Shown: piece by piece, positions 53,467-64,000 of the stretch
Numbering within the stretch: the first letter of the stretch is position 1
How the letters are laid out: each line of letters opens with the position of its first letter
DNA from: Candidatus Coprovivens sp.
Lineage (GTDB): Bacteria > Bacillota_I > Bacilli_A > RF39 > UBA660
Reading direction: 5' to 3'
DNA length: 64,000 nucleotides
Assembly: GCA_051892935.1 (NCBI GenBank)
Contig: JBJFGS010000024.1
Location: forward strand, 32,001-96,000
The notes under the pieces: generated by a model
The model's database searches: none
What the model was told of the DNA's origin: nothing
Seen by the model: the letters and a program-made list of their open reading frames with translations, nothing else
Program-made: the position numbers and the translations under genes

Positions 53467-55746
53467 TTAAGCTTCTTCTTGTCCTAATTCATTTATGAAT
53501 TTATTTAACTCGTTAGTTAAATCTTCATTTGTTACTATAGTATCACTATTATTTGATTTTGTGTTATTAAACATATTATTTATTGATAAATCATTATTGT
53601 TTAAATTTTGCTCCTCTATTATTGGATCTATAAGTGCTCCTATATCTAAAGGAATTTCTTCGTTTTCTTGGATGTTATTTGTTTTTCTAGAACTATCTAT
53701 TATGTTATCGATTTCTTCTTCAATTTTTGCATCTTCTATTTCTTCTAGTGATTTATTTATATTTTCTATTTTTTCAATAGATTGTTCTTCTGTGTTTTCT
53801 TCTTCGTTTTCTTCAATTGCTTCGATTTTTTCTTCAATTTCTTGGTTAATATTCGAAGGTTCATCCACTATTTTTTGCTCTATATTATCTTCTTGCACTT
53901 TGTCTTCTTCAACTATTTTTTCTGCATTTTCTTCAGACTCTTTTATAGTTGTTGAAAATTCTTCATTTATTTCATTTTCTAATCCAAATGGATTTTGTAT
54001 TTCATCAAGTTTGGAATTTTCTAGATTTTTTTCTATGTTTTCTATTGGTGTTGATATTGTTGCTTCGTTTATTACCTTTATTCCCCTTTTTGGCAATGGC
54101 TCAGATATCGACAAGTCTGTATCAACTTTTACTTCAACAGGCATTTCAGGTTCTAGATTAGTATATTCATCGTAGTTTTTAGCTACTATATTGGAATTAT
54201 TTTCTATTATAGTATTATCTATTTGATTTTTTAATTGAATACCTAACATTTCTTCTAATCTTTCTATTATTTCGATTGGAGTTTCTGGAAATTGACGACG
54301 GTGTTTTATATCTATTACTATTTGAGCCAATTCTTTTAAAGTCTCTTTGTCTTTATTTTTTGAAGTAATATCAATTAATCCAGTTTTTTTAGTAGTCAAT
54401 CTGTTTTTTATATCAGATATTTCTGTCTCAGCATCCTTTATATTTTGAACTATTTGCTCGTAGTCATATTTCATAGATTTAGTTGCTTGTGCAATATCAT
54501 CTGATTCATCTTTACGGAAAGATGTAGCTATTTTTTCGGCTTCGATGATATCTTCCTTTTTTTCATCTAATTGGGCTTTTAAACTAGCTTTGTAGCTGAT
54601 ACTTGTATCTGGCGTTTCATCATATGCTTTTTGAAATTCTTTTAAATCTATTTTCATTGTATTAATCATATTATAGAGTTGTTGAGTTTTTCTTTCATAA
54701 CTATATTCTTGATCTTTATCTACTTTTTCAACTTTTTCTTTAATTTGTTTTAGTTCTTCTTGCCATCTTGCAATTCTTTCATTTAAGAACTCTACTCGAA
54801 GTTTTTCTGGTGTGTCAGCTTCTAAAATATTGTAGCTTTTTTGATCTATTTCGTTGGCAAATGAATCTCTCGCTTGGGTAGCTTTTAATAGTTCTTCTTC
54901 TAATGCATTATCAGCTGGAACATTTATGTATGGTTGTTTTATTACATTGTTTATTAATTCTATTAAGAATCCCTTAGCAGTTTCGATATTTTCATTATTG
55001 TTAATAGCATCTTTTATTTTTGATTCAAGATATTTAGGGTCTTTTCTTATTTCTTCTAATCTTTTAGATAATTTATCAATTTTTTGTTCTAGCTCTGTAA
55101 TTCTTTTCGTATTTTTTTCTTTTTTACTTTTATCGATGTAATTATCTTTATTTTCTAAGTTGGCTTGTGTTTCTAGTAATAATTTTTTCTTTTTTTCGAT
55201 TTTTTCTTCTAATTCTTTAATTTCTTCTGTTAAGTTAATTATTTCTTCTTGAATAGAATTATATTGATTTGTCTGTTCTTCTAGTTCATCACTGATTTTA
55301 GCTGCTTTTTCTGTAGTTTCTGCTATTAAAGCATTATATCGATCGATTACTTCATAATTATTTGCTTCTGATACTCTTTCTTGCATACTAATAATATATT
55401 TTTCTTGACTATTTTTTGTATCTTTTAGTAGAGTATTGTTTTTATATAAGCTTTCTTCCTCATTTTTTAATTCATTAAGTTTTTTATTTTTGTCTTTTAA
55501 GTTTGACTTTAATGTTTGTAATTGTTTTTTGGTAATGATTTCAATATTTCGGTCAGCCATTTCAGCACTTGTATCGTATATTTCTTCTTCTGTTTGAACT
55601 GCAATTTCTTCTATTTCTTGTTTATATGATTTTATTTTTTCATTTAGTTCTACTTCTTCAATGCGCAATGATGGACCATCACTCTTAGAACGACACATTT
55701 TTACCAATACTTCTAAATTCCAAAAAATTTTTAATTTATCGTCCAT
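53467..55746 (-). CDS. long coiled-coil protein with acidic C-terminal region
   Basis: Heptad-rich E/K/I sequence over about 500 aa; no Walker motifs. Confidence 0.75.
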   Translation of the reverse strand: MDDKLKIFWNLEVLVKMCRSKSDGPSLRIEEVELNEKIKSYKQEIEEIAVQTEEEIYDTSAEMADRNIEIITKKQLQTLKSNLKDKNKKLNELKNEEESLYKNNTLLKDTKNSQEKYIISMQERVSEANNYEVIDRYNALIAETTEKAAKISDELEEQTNQYNSIQEEIINLTEEIKELEEKIEKKKKLLLETQANLENKDNYIDKSKKEKNTKRITELEQKIDKLSKRLEEIRKDPKYLESKIKDAINNNENIETAKGFLIELINNVIKQPYINVPADNALEEELLKATQARDSFANEIDQKSYNILEADTPEKLRVEFLNERIARWQEELKQIKEKVEKVDKDQEYSYERKTQQLYNMINTMKIDLKEFQKAYDETPDTSISYKASLKAQLDEKKEDIIEAEKIATSFRKDESDDIAQATKSMKYDYEQIVQNIKDAETEISDIKNRLTTKKTGLIDITSKNKDKETLKELAQIVIDIKHRRQFPETPIEIIERLEEMLGIQLKNQIDNTIIENNSNIVAKNYDEYTNLEPEMPVEVKVDTDLSISEPLPKRGIKVINEATISTPIENIEKNLENSKLDEIQNPFGLENEINEEFSTTIKESEENAEKIVEEDKVQEDNIEQKIVDEPSNINQEIEEKIEAIEENEEENTEEQSIEKIENINKSLEEIEDAKIEEEIDNIIDSSRKTNNIQENEEIPLDIGALIDPIIEEQNLNNNDLSINNMFNNTKSNNSDTIVTNEDLTNELNKFINELGQEEA

Positions 55747-55871
55747 AATTACACACCCTTTTATCCTAGTCTACTTTAATAATAACACAAAGCGTACCTA
55801 TTTTCAATATAACTATTTTATATGTTTAATTTACTTTTTAATACATATATTTAAGATAAGTGAGATGATTT

Positions 55872-56213
55872 ATGAAAGATTTTCCACCTAATATAGATCC
55901 TAAGATTGCTACAATTAGTGCTGTAATTATTGGTTTTGCGTTAATTGATAATTTTTCAGCAGCAGAACAAAGTGCTATTGGTAATTGGTTTATTACAATA
56001 GGCCAAACTCTTTTTAATAATTCGCAATGGCAAGCTATGATTGAATCTAGAATTGGTGGCAATACTATTAATATTAATAGTCAGAATTGCAAAGCTACTG
56101 GTAATCCTTATATGAATAATAAATCATGGGTGAATTCTCCTACTGATATGGAAATTGAAAGATTGAAAAATGTTATTAAAATTATGCAAGATGAAATTGA
56201 TAAATTAAAATAA
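55872..56213 (+). CDS. small hypothetical protein
   Basis: SAVIIGFAL..SAAEQSAIGNWFITIGQTL motif and a C-terminal coil. Confidence 0.7.
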   Translation: MKDFPPNIDPKIATISAVIIGFALIDNFSAAEQSAIGNWFITIGQTLFNNSQWQAMIESRIGGNTININSQNCKATGNPYMNNKSWVNSPTDMEIERLKNVIKIMQDEIDKLK

Positions 56214-56225
56214 AAAAAAGAACTA

Positions 56226-56570
56226 TTAAACTAGTTCTAATTTTACAGTTAAAGCGTCATCGCCAACTCTTTCTTTTAATTTTATGATTCTAGTATATCC
56301 ACCATTTCTAGTTTCATAACGTTTTGCTAAGTCGTCAAATACCTTGCTAACTACTTGATTATCATTATTTAGGAATGCAAGAGCTTTTCTTCTAGATACT
56401 AATGTACCTTTTTTTCCGTAAGTTATCATTTTGTCAACAAATTTTCTTACTTCTTTAGCTCTAGCTTCAGTTGTAACAACTGATTCATTTAAGATAACAT
56501 CTTTTGTTAAGCTAGCTAAAATACTTCTACGAATACTTTTTTCTCTATTTAATCTTCTATATTTTGCCAT
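56226..56570 (-). CDS. rplQ: 50S ribosomal protein L17
   Basis: TTEARAKE and RNGGYTRI motifs; follows rpoA. Confidence 0.98.
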   Translation of the reverse strand: MAKYRRLNREKSIRRSILASLTKDVILNESVVTTEARAKEVRKFVDKMITYGKKGTLVSRRKALAFLNNDNQVVSKVFDDLAKRYETRNGGYTRIIKLKERVGDDALTVKLELV

Positions 56571-56596
56571 TAGAATTTACCTCCTTGTTTTATTTA

Positions 56597-57541
56597 TTAG
56601 TCGCGGAACTTAAGTCCCATTTCTTTAACTTTATCTATAACTTCTTTTAAAGATTTTTTACCTAGATTACGTATCTTAGTAACTTCTACTTCTTTTTTAG
56701 AAATTAAGTCTTGAACTGTGTTAATTCCAGCTCTCTTTAAACAGTTGTATGCACGAACTGAGAATTCGATTTCTTCGATAGGTGTTTCTAGAGTTTTTGT
56801 AATTGTATCAACTTTCTTTTCAGCCATTAATCCTGAAACATCACTTATTGAGTTTAAGTCAGTTACTATGTTGAAATGTTCAATTAGTATTTTTGCTGAA
56901 AGTGCCATTGCTTCTTCTGGAGTCATTGATCCATTTGTATAAACATTCATTATTAGTTTATCAAAGTTTTCGTTTTGACCAACACGAGCGCTTTCAACTT
57001 CGTAGCTAACTCTTTCAATTGGAGAATACAAAGAGTCAATTGCGATAACTCCAACCTTATTTTCTCCTAATAGTTTTTGGTTAGTTTTAGAATCAACATA
57101 ACCTCTACCATTACTTACTGTCATTTCCATTTCTAGTTTTCCACCTTTTACAAGGTTTGCAATAACTAGTTCAGGATTAATAATTTCGATATCAGCATCT
57201 CTTTCGATATCTCCAGCAGTTATAGCTCCTTCTTTATCAGCATAAAGTCTTATAACTTTGTCTTCTTCAGAATGATTTTTAATTACTATGCTTTTTAAAG
57301 CTAATACGATAGCTGTTACGTCTTCAACAACACCATCGATTTTTTGGAATTCATGCATTACACCTTCAATTTTTACAGAAGTAATTGCACTTCCTGGTAA
57401 TGATGATAGCATAACTCTTCTTAAAGCATTACCAATTGTTGTACCAAAACCTCTTTCAAGTGGTTCTAGCTCAAATTTTCCATAGTGATTGCTCTCTATG
57501 TATTCTGTAATTTTGTATTCTGGTTTTTCAAATCTTAACAT
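56597..57541 (-). CDS. rpoA: RNA polymerase alpha subunit
   Basis: EPLERGFGTTIGNALRR and SVRAYNCLKRAGI. Confidence 0.99.
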   Translation of the reverse strand: MLRFEKPEYKITEYIESNHYGKFELEPLERGFGTTIGNALRRVMLSSLPGSAITSVKIEGVMHEFQKIDGVVEDVTAIVLALKSIVIKNHSEEDKVIRLYADKEGAITAGDIERDADIEIINPELVIANLVKGGKLEMEMTVSNGRGYVDSKTNQKLLGENKVGVIAIDSLYSPIERVSYEVESARVGQNENFDKLIMNVYTNGSMTPEEAMALSAKILIEHFNIVTDLNSISDVSGLMAEKKVDTITKTLETPIEEIEFSVRAYNCLKRAGINTVQDLISKKEVEVTKIRNLGKKSLKEVIDKVKEMGLKFRD

Positions 57542-57563
57542 ATCCTTAAGTCCCCTCTTTCAA

Positions 57564-57947
57564 TTAATTTCTTGGACGTTTTGGTGGACGGCATCCGTTG
57601 TGTGGAACTGGAGTAACGTCATTGATAGATGTAATTTCTAATCCTGCAGTTTGTAATGAACGAATAGCGTTTTCACGTCCTGCACCTAAACCTTTAACAA
57701 ATACTTCTACTTTTTTAACTCCGTTATCCATTGCAGCTTTTGCAGCAGCTTCAGCACTCATACCAGCAGCAAATGGAGTTTTCTTTTTTGATCCTTTATA
57801 ACCGATTGTACCTGCAGAAGCCCAACTTATTGCGTTACCATCTTTATCAGTTATAGTAACTACTGTATTGTTATAAGTTGAATGAATATGAGCTTGTGCT
57901 TCAGGTATATTCTTTTTAACTTTTCTTTTTCTTCTATTATAAGCCAT
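57564..57947 (-). CDS. rpsK: 30S ribosomal protein S11
   Basis: STYNNT, TPFAA and [14 protein letters not shown]. Confidence 0.99.
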   Translation of the reverse strand: MAYNRRKRKVKKNIPEAQAHIHSTYNNTVVTITDKDGNAISWASAGTIGYKGSKKKTPFAAGMSAEAAAKAAMDNGVKKVEVFVKGLGAGRENAIRSLQTAGLEITSINDVTPVPHNGCRPPKRPRN

Positions 57948-57967
57948 AATCTTCTACCTCCTATTTA

Positions 57968-58342
57968 TTATTTAGTAGCCTTTTTCTTATTAGCAACTAC
58001 TTTACCTTTACCTTTTCTTGTACGAGCATTTCTTGAAGTTCTTTGACCATGTACAGGAAGACCTTTTTTATGTCTAGTACCTTGGTAGCTATTGATTTCC
58101 ATTTTATTTTTGATGTTCATTTGAACTTCACGACGAAGGTCACCTTCTACTAGTTGTTTTTCAACTTCAGAACGTAATTTACTTACTTCATCATCTGTTA
58201 AATCTTTTATTTTTTTACTTCTTTCAACACCAGCAGCATCACAGATTTGGTTAGCTAAACTTCTACCAATTCCGTAAATAGCAGTTAAACCTATACAAGT
58301 ATGTTTTTCTCCTGGTAATTCAATATTTTTAATACGTGCCAT
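57968..58342 (-). CDS. rpsM: 30S ribosomal protein S13
   Basis: IYGIG, EGDLRR and GLPVHGQRT. Confidence 0.98.
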   Translation of the reverse strand: MARIKNIELPGEKHTCIGLTAIYGIGRSLANQICDAAGVERSKKIKDLTDDEVSKLRSEVEKQLVEGDLRREVQMNIKNKMEINSYQGTRHKKGLPVHGQRTSRNARTRKGKGKVVANKKKATK

Positions 58343-58356
58343 ATTTTACCTCCTAA

Positions 58357-58470
58357 TTAGCCTTGTTTTTGTTTGTGTTTTGGATTTTCACAAATAACCA
58401 TTATTTTTCCTTTTCTTCTAATTATTTTGCATTTTGCGCAAATTTTCTTTACTGATGGTCTTACTTTCAT
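58357..58470 (-). CDS. rpmJ: 50S ribosomal protein L36
   Basis: [37 protein letters not shown], translated manually. Confidence 0.97.
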   Translation of the reverse strand: MKVRPSVKKICAKCKIIRRKGKIMVICENPKHKQKQG

Positions 58471-58486
58471 AATATTTGTACCTCCA

Positions 58487-58705
58487 TTATTTTTTATTCC
58501 ATGTTATACGCCCACGTGTTAAGTCATAAGGCGATAATTCTATTGTAACTGTATCACCTGGTAAGATACGAATCATATTAACTCGCATTTTACCAGAAAC
58601 GTAGGCTTCTACAGTATGTCCATTAGGCAATTCTACGATTGGTGTTCCACCTTTTAGTATTTCTACTACTTTGCCTTCAACTTCTATTTTTTCTTCTTTA
58701 GCCAT
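58487..58705 (-). CDS. infA: translation initiation factor IF-1
   Basis: SGKMR and [12 protein letters not shown]. Confidence 0.98.
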   Translation of the reverse strand: MAKEEKIEVEGKVVEILKGGTPIVELPNGHTVEAYVSGKMRVNMIRILPGDTVTIELSPYDLTRGRITWNKK

Positions 58706-58755
58706 GCTTCTTTATCTCTCCATAACTTTTAGAGTTTGTAGATGTGAATAACTTG

Positions 58756-59424
58756 TTAGTTATTCACATCTTCACCCTTAAGAATTTTTTCTATTTCACT
58801 AAAAGTCTCCTCAGTATCTTTACTTGAATCAACAACTTTTAGTACGCCTTTTTGTTTATAATAATCAATTATTGGTTCAGTTACTTCAAAATATGTTTTA
58901 ACTCTAGTATTCATTGATTCTTCGTTATCATCAGCTCTTTGATATAACTCTCCACCACACTTATCACATATTCCGTCTTGCTTTGGCTTGAATTCTTCGT
59001 TATATACATTATATATAGCTCCGCATTCTTTGCAAATGCGACGACCAATAATTCTTTGCTTTAACAGTTCTTCAGGTATTGTTAAATTTATAACTACTCC
59101 TAAATCTTTGTTAAGCTTCTCTAATATTGTATCATATCCTTTAGCTTGTTCCAAATTTCTTGGAAAGCCATCAAGGATATAACCATTTTCGCATTCTGGT
59201 TGATTTATTTTATATTCAATAGCTTCGTATATTATATCGTTTGAAACAAATATACCATTGTCTATTAAATCTTTTATTTGTTTGCCAAGTTCATCGCCTA
59301 CGGCTGCTCTTTCTCTAAGAATATCTCCTGTAGATATATGAGCATATCCATATTTTTCTTGTAATTTCTTAGCAAATGTTCCTTTTCCAGCGCCTTGCAC
59401 TGCTAAAAATATAATATTCTTCAT
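58756..59424 (-). CDS. adk: adenylate kinase
   Basis: GAGKGT, STGDILR, DGFPR and a Zn-lid with two CxxC. Confidence 0.98.
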   Translation of the reverse strand: MKNIIFLAVQGAGKGTFAKKLQEKYGYAHISTGDILRERAAVGDELGKQIKDLIDNGIFVSNDIIYEAIEYKINQPECENGYILDGFPRNLEQAKGYDTILEKLNKDLGVVINLTIPEELLKQRIIGRRICKECGAIYNVYNEEFKPKQDGICDKCGGELYQRADDNEESMNTRVKTYFEVTEPIIDYYKQKGVLKVVDSSKDTEETFSEIEKILKGEDVNN

Positions 59425-60683
59425 TATCTTTTAATTGCCTTTCTGTGACTACGACTAATTAAGCTACTCTCTAGTTGCTTGTATGTTTCTATTGCAACAC
59501 CAACAACGATAAGTAATCCAGTTCCTCCAATTGTTACTGTACTTGATAGCCCAGAAAAATTAGAGAAAAGTATAGGTAGTCCAGCAATTATCATTAGAAA
59601 TAAGGAACCTACGATTGTTAGCTTACTTAAAACATTACTAACATATTCAATTGTATCATTTCCTGGTCTAACACCTGGAATGTATGCACCACTTTTACTT
59701 AAATTCTTTGACATTTCTTCTGGATTCATTTGTAAGAATGTATAGAAATATCCAAAGAACAAGATAAGTAACATATATAATATGAATCCCGTAAATGATG
59801 TATATTCAATATAATTTTCCACAAAATTTATTGCAGTATCATTTTTTATTAAATTAACAATAGTTACTGGGATTGTAATTAATGTCGATGCAAAGATAAC
59901 TGGGATAACTCCAGCAGAATTTATTTTTATAGGAAGGAAGTTTTGGTGTCCTCCATATGCACTATTTGTTCTGTTAGCATATTGAATTGGTATTCGCCTT
60001 TCGGCTAATTGAATCCATACCATACCTACTATTATTAGTAAGTAAATGATTACAAATGCTCCAAATAATAGTGAACCTATTATAGTATTGAATGTTTCTG
60101 CTAACACCAATTCTTTGAAAGCAGTTACGAATACTGATGGTAATGATTGAAGAATACCAGCCATAATTAATAGTGACATTCCATTACCAATACCATGTTT
60201 AGTAATTTGATCACCTATCCATAATAGTAAACTTGTTCCAGCAGTTAATACTACTGTTGTTTTTAGGATTGTAAATACGTCTTTTGTACCTGAGTAAACA
60301 ATAGTAAATATAAAACCTTGAATAAAGGCAAATAGTATACCTAAATATCTAGTTATCTTATTTATTTTTTGCTTACCTGTATATCCTTGTTCTTTTAGTT
60401 CTTTAAAATAAGGAACTATATCCATTTGGAGTAATTGAGTAATGATTTGAGCTGTAATATATGGTGATACACCTAAGGCGAAGATAGAGAAATGTTTTAA
60501 TCCTCCACCTGCCATTAGGTTAAAGATTTCAAGGAAACCTAATTCTTCATATATTGTTCCAGCCCACGGAACTGTTATATTACTTCCAAAGCAAAATATT
60601 GCTAAACAAAATAATGTAAAATAAATTCTTTTTCTTAAATCTTTATTTGAACGGTTAAATAGCTGTTTTAGATTAGAAAACAT
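59424..60683 (-). CDS. secY: preprotein translocase SecY
   Basis: FSIFALGVSPYITA, GIGNG, AGVIPVIFA, IPGVRPG and GGTGLLIVVGV. Confidence 0.99.
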   Translation of the reverse strand: MFSNLKQLFNRSNKDLRKRIYFTLFCLAIFCFGSNITVPWAGTIYEELGFLEIFNLMAGGGLKHFSIFALGVSPYITAQIITQLLQMDIVPYFKELKEQGYTGKQKINKITRYLGILFAFIQGFIFTIVYSGTKDVFTILKTTVVLTAGTSLLLWIGDQITKHGIGNGMSLLIMAGILQSLPSVFVTAFKELVLAETFNTIIGSLLFGAFVIIYLLIIVGMVWIQLAERRIPIQYANRTNSAYGGHQNFLPIKINSAGVIPVIFASTLITIPVTIVNLIKNDTAINFVENYIEYTSFTGFILYMLLILFFGYFYTFLQMNPEEMSKNLSKSGAYIPGVRPGNDTIEYVSNVLSKLTIVGSLFLMIIAGLPILFSNFSGLSSTVTIGGTGLLIVVGVAIETYKQLESSLISRSHRKAIKR

Positions 60684-61127
60684 CTAGATCACCTCAGCTT
60701 TTCCGCCAGCACTTTCAATTTTTGTAACGGCTGAACTTGAGAATCTATTAGCTCTAATAGTTAATTTCTTTTCTAGTTCACCATTGCCTAAGACTTTAAC
60801 ACCACAAAGTTGTTTTTTGATAATTCCCTTTTCTTTTAGTAATTCAGGAGTAACTACGTCTCCATCATTAAAATATTTATTTAAATCACTTAAGTTAATT
60901 GTTGCATATTCAGTTTTGAATTTTGCATTACTAAATCCACGTTTAGGAACTCTTCTATATAGAGGAGTTTGTCCACCTTGGAACCAAGCTGGAATACTTA
61001 CTCCTGAACGAGATTTTTGACCATTTTCTCCACGGCCAGCAGTTTTTCCTAAACCACTACCAGCTCCACGGCCAACTCTTTTTCTAGTTTTTGCTTCTGG
61101 AGAAGCGTTTAATTCATGTAATTTCAT
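60684..61127 (-). CDS. rplO: 50S ribosomal protein L15
   Basis: RVGRG.GSG.GKT and [15 protein letters not shown]. Confidence 0.98.
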   Translation of the reverse strand: MKLHELNASPEAKTRKRVGRGAGSGLGKTAGRGENGQKSRSGVSIPAWFQGGQTPLYRRVPKRGFSNAKFKTEYATINLSDLNKYFNDGDVVTPELLKEKGIIKKQLCGVKVLGNGELEKKLTIRANRFSSSAVTKIESAGGKAEVI

Positions 61128-61128
61128 A

Positions 61129-61632
61129 TTATAGCTCCTCTACTTTCTTTCCTCTTAATGCTGCAACATGTTCAGGTGTCTTTTGCATTTTAAGAGCTTC
61201 TAAAGTAGCTTTTGCTACATTTATTTTTGTATTTGAACCAAGTGATTTAGAAACTATATCATGAACACCAGCAAGTTCAAGAACAACTCTGGCAGATCCA
61301 CCAGCGATGATTCCTGTACCTTCTTTAGCAGGTTTAACAAGAACTTGTGCACGTCCAACTTTTCCTATAGCTTCATGTGGGATTGTTCTATTATCAATTA
61401 ATGCAACTTTTGTTACGTTTTTATTAGCTGCTTGAATAGCTTTTTTAATAGCTTCTGGAACTTCGTTAGCTTTTCCTGTACCAATTCCAACTAATCCTTT
61501 TCTATTTCCAACTACTACTGTAGCAGAAAATCTAAAATGACGACCACCTTTTGTAACTTTTGTTACACGGCCGATAGAAACTACTTTTTCTTCAAGCAAG
61601 TTTTTCTTAGAGTCCATTTTTGTTTTTGGCAT
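61129..61632 (-). CDS. rpsE: 30S ribosomal protein S5
   Basis: [10 protein letters not shown] and GTGIIAGG. Confidence 0.98.
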   Translation of the reverse strand: MPKTKMDSKKNLLEEKVVSIGRVTKVTKGGRHFRFSATVVVGNRKGLVGIGTGKANEVPEAIKKAIQAANKNVTKVALIDNRTIPHEAIGKVGRAQVLVKPAKEGTGIIAGGSARVVLELAGVHDIVSKSLGSNTKINVAKATLEALKMQKTPEHVAALRGKKVEEL

Positions 61633-61648
61633 AATTTGTACCTCCCTC

Positions 61649-62005
61649 TTAGAATTCTAGTCCATTTTCACGTGCTGCTTCAGCTAAAGCTTGAACACGT
61701 CCGTGGTAAAGGTATCCACCTCTATCGAAAACTACTTTATTAATTTTTAATTTTTTAGCTTTTTCAGCAATGTCTTTACCTACTAGTTTAGCACCTTCAA
61801 CATTGCCTCCGTTTTTAATTTTTAATTCGACAGATGAAGAGCTAGCAAGAGTAACGCCCTTAACATCATCGATAATTTGAGCAAATATTTGTGTATTTGA
61901 TCTAAATACGTTTAATCTTGGACATTCTGCAGTTCCGTTTACTTTATTACGAATACGAGCATGTCTTTTCTTACGTAAATCATTTTTTGATTCTTTAACT
62001 ATCAT
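61649..62005 (-). CDS. rplR: 50S ribosomal protein L18
   Basis: PRLNVFRS and [12 protein letters not shown]. Confidence 0.98.
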   Translation of the reverse strand: MIVKESKNDLRKKRHARIRNKVNGTAECPRLNVFRSNTQIFAQIIDDVKGVTLASSSSVELKIKNGGNVEGAKLVGKDIAEKAKKLKINKVVFDRGGYLYHGRVQALAEAARENGLEF

Positions 62006-62025
62006 AATATCTCGACTCCTTACCC

Positions 62026-62565
62026 TTATTTAGCTGCTTTCTTACCTTCTTTACGACGAACATATTCACCTTTGTAACGAATACCTTTACCTTTGTATGG
62101 TTCTGGTTCTCTTACTGCACGAATATTAGCCGCAAATTCAGTAACCTTTTGCTTATCGATACCTGAAATAGTAATTTCAGTATTATTAATTTGTTCTGCT
62201 TTTAGTCCAGCAGGAACTTCTATTACTACTGGATGAGAATAACCAGCATTAATAGTTAATTTATTTCCAGAAACTTGGAATTTGTATCCAACTCCAACAG
62301 CTTCTAATCCTTTTTGGTATCCTTCTGTAACACCAGTAATCATATTTTTTACCAATGCATTTACAGTACCATGTAATTGTTTTGATGTTTTAGCATCATT
62401 TGGTCTTTTTGTAATAATTTTGCCTTCAACTTCTTCAACAGTGATTAAAGCTGGTTTTTCGTAGCTTAATTCACCTTTAGGACCTTTAACAGTTACAGTA
62501 TTTTTGTCAACAGTAACAGTAACTCCAGCAGGAACTACTAATTCTCTTTTTCCTATTCTACTCAT
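62026..62565 (-). CDS. rplF: 50S ribosomal protein L6
   Basis: MSRIGK and [11 protein letters not shown]. Confidence 0.98.
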   Translation of the reverse strand: MSRIGKRELVVPAGVTVTVDKNTVTVKGPKGELSYEKPALITVEEVEGKIITKRPNDAKTSKQLHGTVNALVKNMITGVTEGYQKGLEAVGVGYKFQVSGNKLTINAGYSHPVVIEVPAGLKAEQINNTEITISGIDKQKVTEFAANIRAVREPEPYKGKGIRYKGEYVRRKEGKKAAK

Positions 62566-62578
62566 AACTTATTTTTCC

Positions 62579-62974
62579 TTACCAAATATAGGCAAGTACT
62601 TCTCCTCCTAGACCAGCTTCACGAGCTTCTTTATCAGTCATTAATCCTTTTGAAGTTGAAATGATTGCAATTCCTAGTCCATTAAGAACACGAGGAATTT
62701 CATCAGTCTTGGCATAGACACGTAATCCTGATTTTGAGATTCTCTTTAATCCAGTGATTACTCTTTCTTTCTTTTCTCCATATTTAAGTGTTAAAGTTAA
62801 TTTATCACCTTTAGTATTTTTTTCATATTTGAAATCAGCTATGTAACCTTCACGTTTTAAGATCTCAGCAATACCTAAAGTCATTTTTGAACCTAAAACT
62901 TCAACAGTTTCATATTTCATTTGATTTGCATTACGTATTCTTGTAAGCATATCTGCTATAATATCTCCAACCAT
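62579..62974 (-). CDS. rpsH: 30S ribosomal protein S8
   Basis: [10 protein letters not shown] and GGEVL. Confidence 0.98.
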   Translation of the reverse strand: MVGDIIADMLTRIRNANQMKYETVEVLGSKMTLGIAEILKREGYIADFKYEKNTKGDKLTLTLKYGEKKERVITGLKRISKSGLRVYAKTDEIPRVLNGLGIAIISTSKGLMTDKEAREAGLGGEVLAYIW

Positions 62975-62992
62975 AATCTAAATTCCTCCTTC

Positions 62993-63178
62993 CTACCAAC
63001 TTGACTTCTTAACGCCAGGGATTTGTCCATTATTTGCCATTTCTCTAAAGCAAATACGACATAATTTGTATTTACGTAGAACTCCGTGAGGACGTCCACA
63101 TCTTTCGCAACGAGTATAAGCTCTTGACTTGAATTTAGGAGCTCTTTGTTGTTTAACTTTTAAACTTGTCTTTGCCAT
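62993..63178 (-). CDS. rpsZ: 30S ribosomal protein S14, Zn-binding type
   Basis: 61 aa; CERCGR..LCRICFR. Confidence 0.95.
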   Translation of the reverse strand: MAKTSLKVKQQRAPKFKSRAYTRCERCGRPHGVLRKYKLCRICFREMANNGQIPGVKKSSW

Positions 63179-63196
63179 AAATATTTCCTCCTCTTT

Positions 63197-63736
63197 CTAC
63201 TTTCTAAATGGCATTCCGAAACCACTTAATAGTTCGTATGCTTCTTCATTTGTTTTTGCTGTTGTAACGAATACTATATCCATTCCTCTTAATTTAAGAA
63301 TTTGATCATATTCGATTTCAGGAAAAATTATTTGTTCTTTAACACCTAGAGTATAGTTTCCTTTACCATCAAATGCAGTTTTTGAAACTCCTCTAAAATC
63401 TCTAACACGAGGTAGTGCTATTTTTATTAGTTTTTCCATGAAATTATACATATTTTCGCCACGTAGAGTAACTTTTGCTCCAATCGTTTGGCCTTCTCTT
63501 ATTTTAAAGCCAGCTATTGATTTACGAGCTTTTGTTACTACAGGTTTTTGACCAGCAATTAATTCTAGGTCTTTTACTGCTGCTTCAATATATTTTGAAT
63601 CTGTTGCAGCTTCTCCAACTCCCATATTAATAACTATTTTTTCTAGTTTTGGAACTTCCATCTTTGAAGAATAGTTAAATTTTTTCATTAGAGAGTCAGT
63701 TATTTGTTCATTATATAGTTTTTTAAATGTACTCAT
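63197..63736 (-). CDS. rplE: 50S ribosomal protein L5
   Basis: KIVINMGVG and LPRVRDFRG; start at ATG 63736. Confidence 0.98.
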   Translation of the reverse strand: MSTFKKLYNEQITDSLMKKFNYSSKMEVPKLEKIVINMGVGEAATDSKYIEAAVKDLELIAGQKPVVTKARKSIAGFKIREGQTIGAKVTLRGENMYNFMEKLIKIALPRVRDFRGVSKTAFDGKGNYTLGVKEQIIFPEIEYDQILKLRGMDIVFVTTAKTNEEAYELLSGFGMPFRK

Positions 63737-63751
63737 ATCTTCACCCACTAA

Positions 63752-64000
<249 letters not shown>

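Noticed and set aside
53495-54175. 226-aa plus-strand ORF and similar antisense ORFs (2982, 13768, 50248 and others)
   Set aside because: Ser/Phe/Ile-rich mirrors of well-supported genes on the opposite strand, with no RBS or motifs.
53467-55746. Coiled-coil protein as SMC/SbcC
   Set aside because: No Walker A/B, signature or hinge motifs.
55838-56062. 74-aa minus-strand ORF
   Set aside because: Antisense to the better-supported 55872-56213 gene.

Overview
Very AT-rich chromosome segment from a Firmicute. It uses the standard code (TGA acts as stop), and the gene content suggests an uncultured Bacilli lineage such as RF39 (inference). The housekeeping backbone is pcrA-nucleotidyltransferase-ligA, ydjG/H/I-like genes, pheST with a T-box, tmRNA, tRNA-Cys, tRNA-Thr(CGT) and the distal spc/alpha ribosomal cluster (rplX to rplQ), which lacks rpmD and map. 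The main finding is a 3,222-bp element (11352-14573) that splits a YtlA/NitT-TauT ABC substrate-binding gene. Joining the shared TGA cores at 11349-11351 and 14571-14573 restores the reading frame (...NLF-EPNATKLEKEG...) and creates a palindromic attP. The element carries a large serine recombinase, an unannotated coupled SHOCT-like mini-ORF, a C3/VIP2-type ADP-ribosyltransferase and a WXG100 pair, so it resembles a skin-type excisable element with type VII-like toxin cargo. Other highlights are a separately transcribed, atypical 76-nt tRNA-like RNA (31455-31530), a pilin-domain protein with mirror-arranged Cys repeats, mTERF-like repeat proteins, a tail-anchored pseudo-kinase, a SipW/TasA-like locus, and decayed accessory DNA beside tRNA-Thr and tmRNA. 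Family assignments come from motif recognition by eye; no database searches were run.
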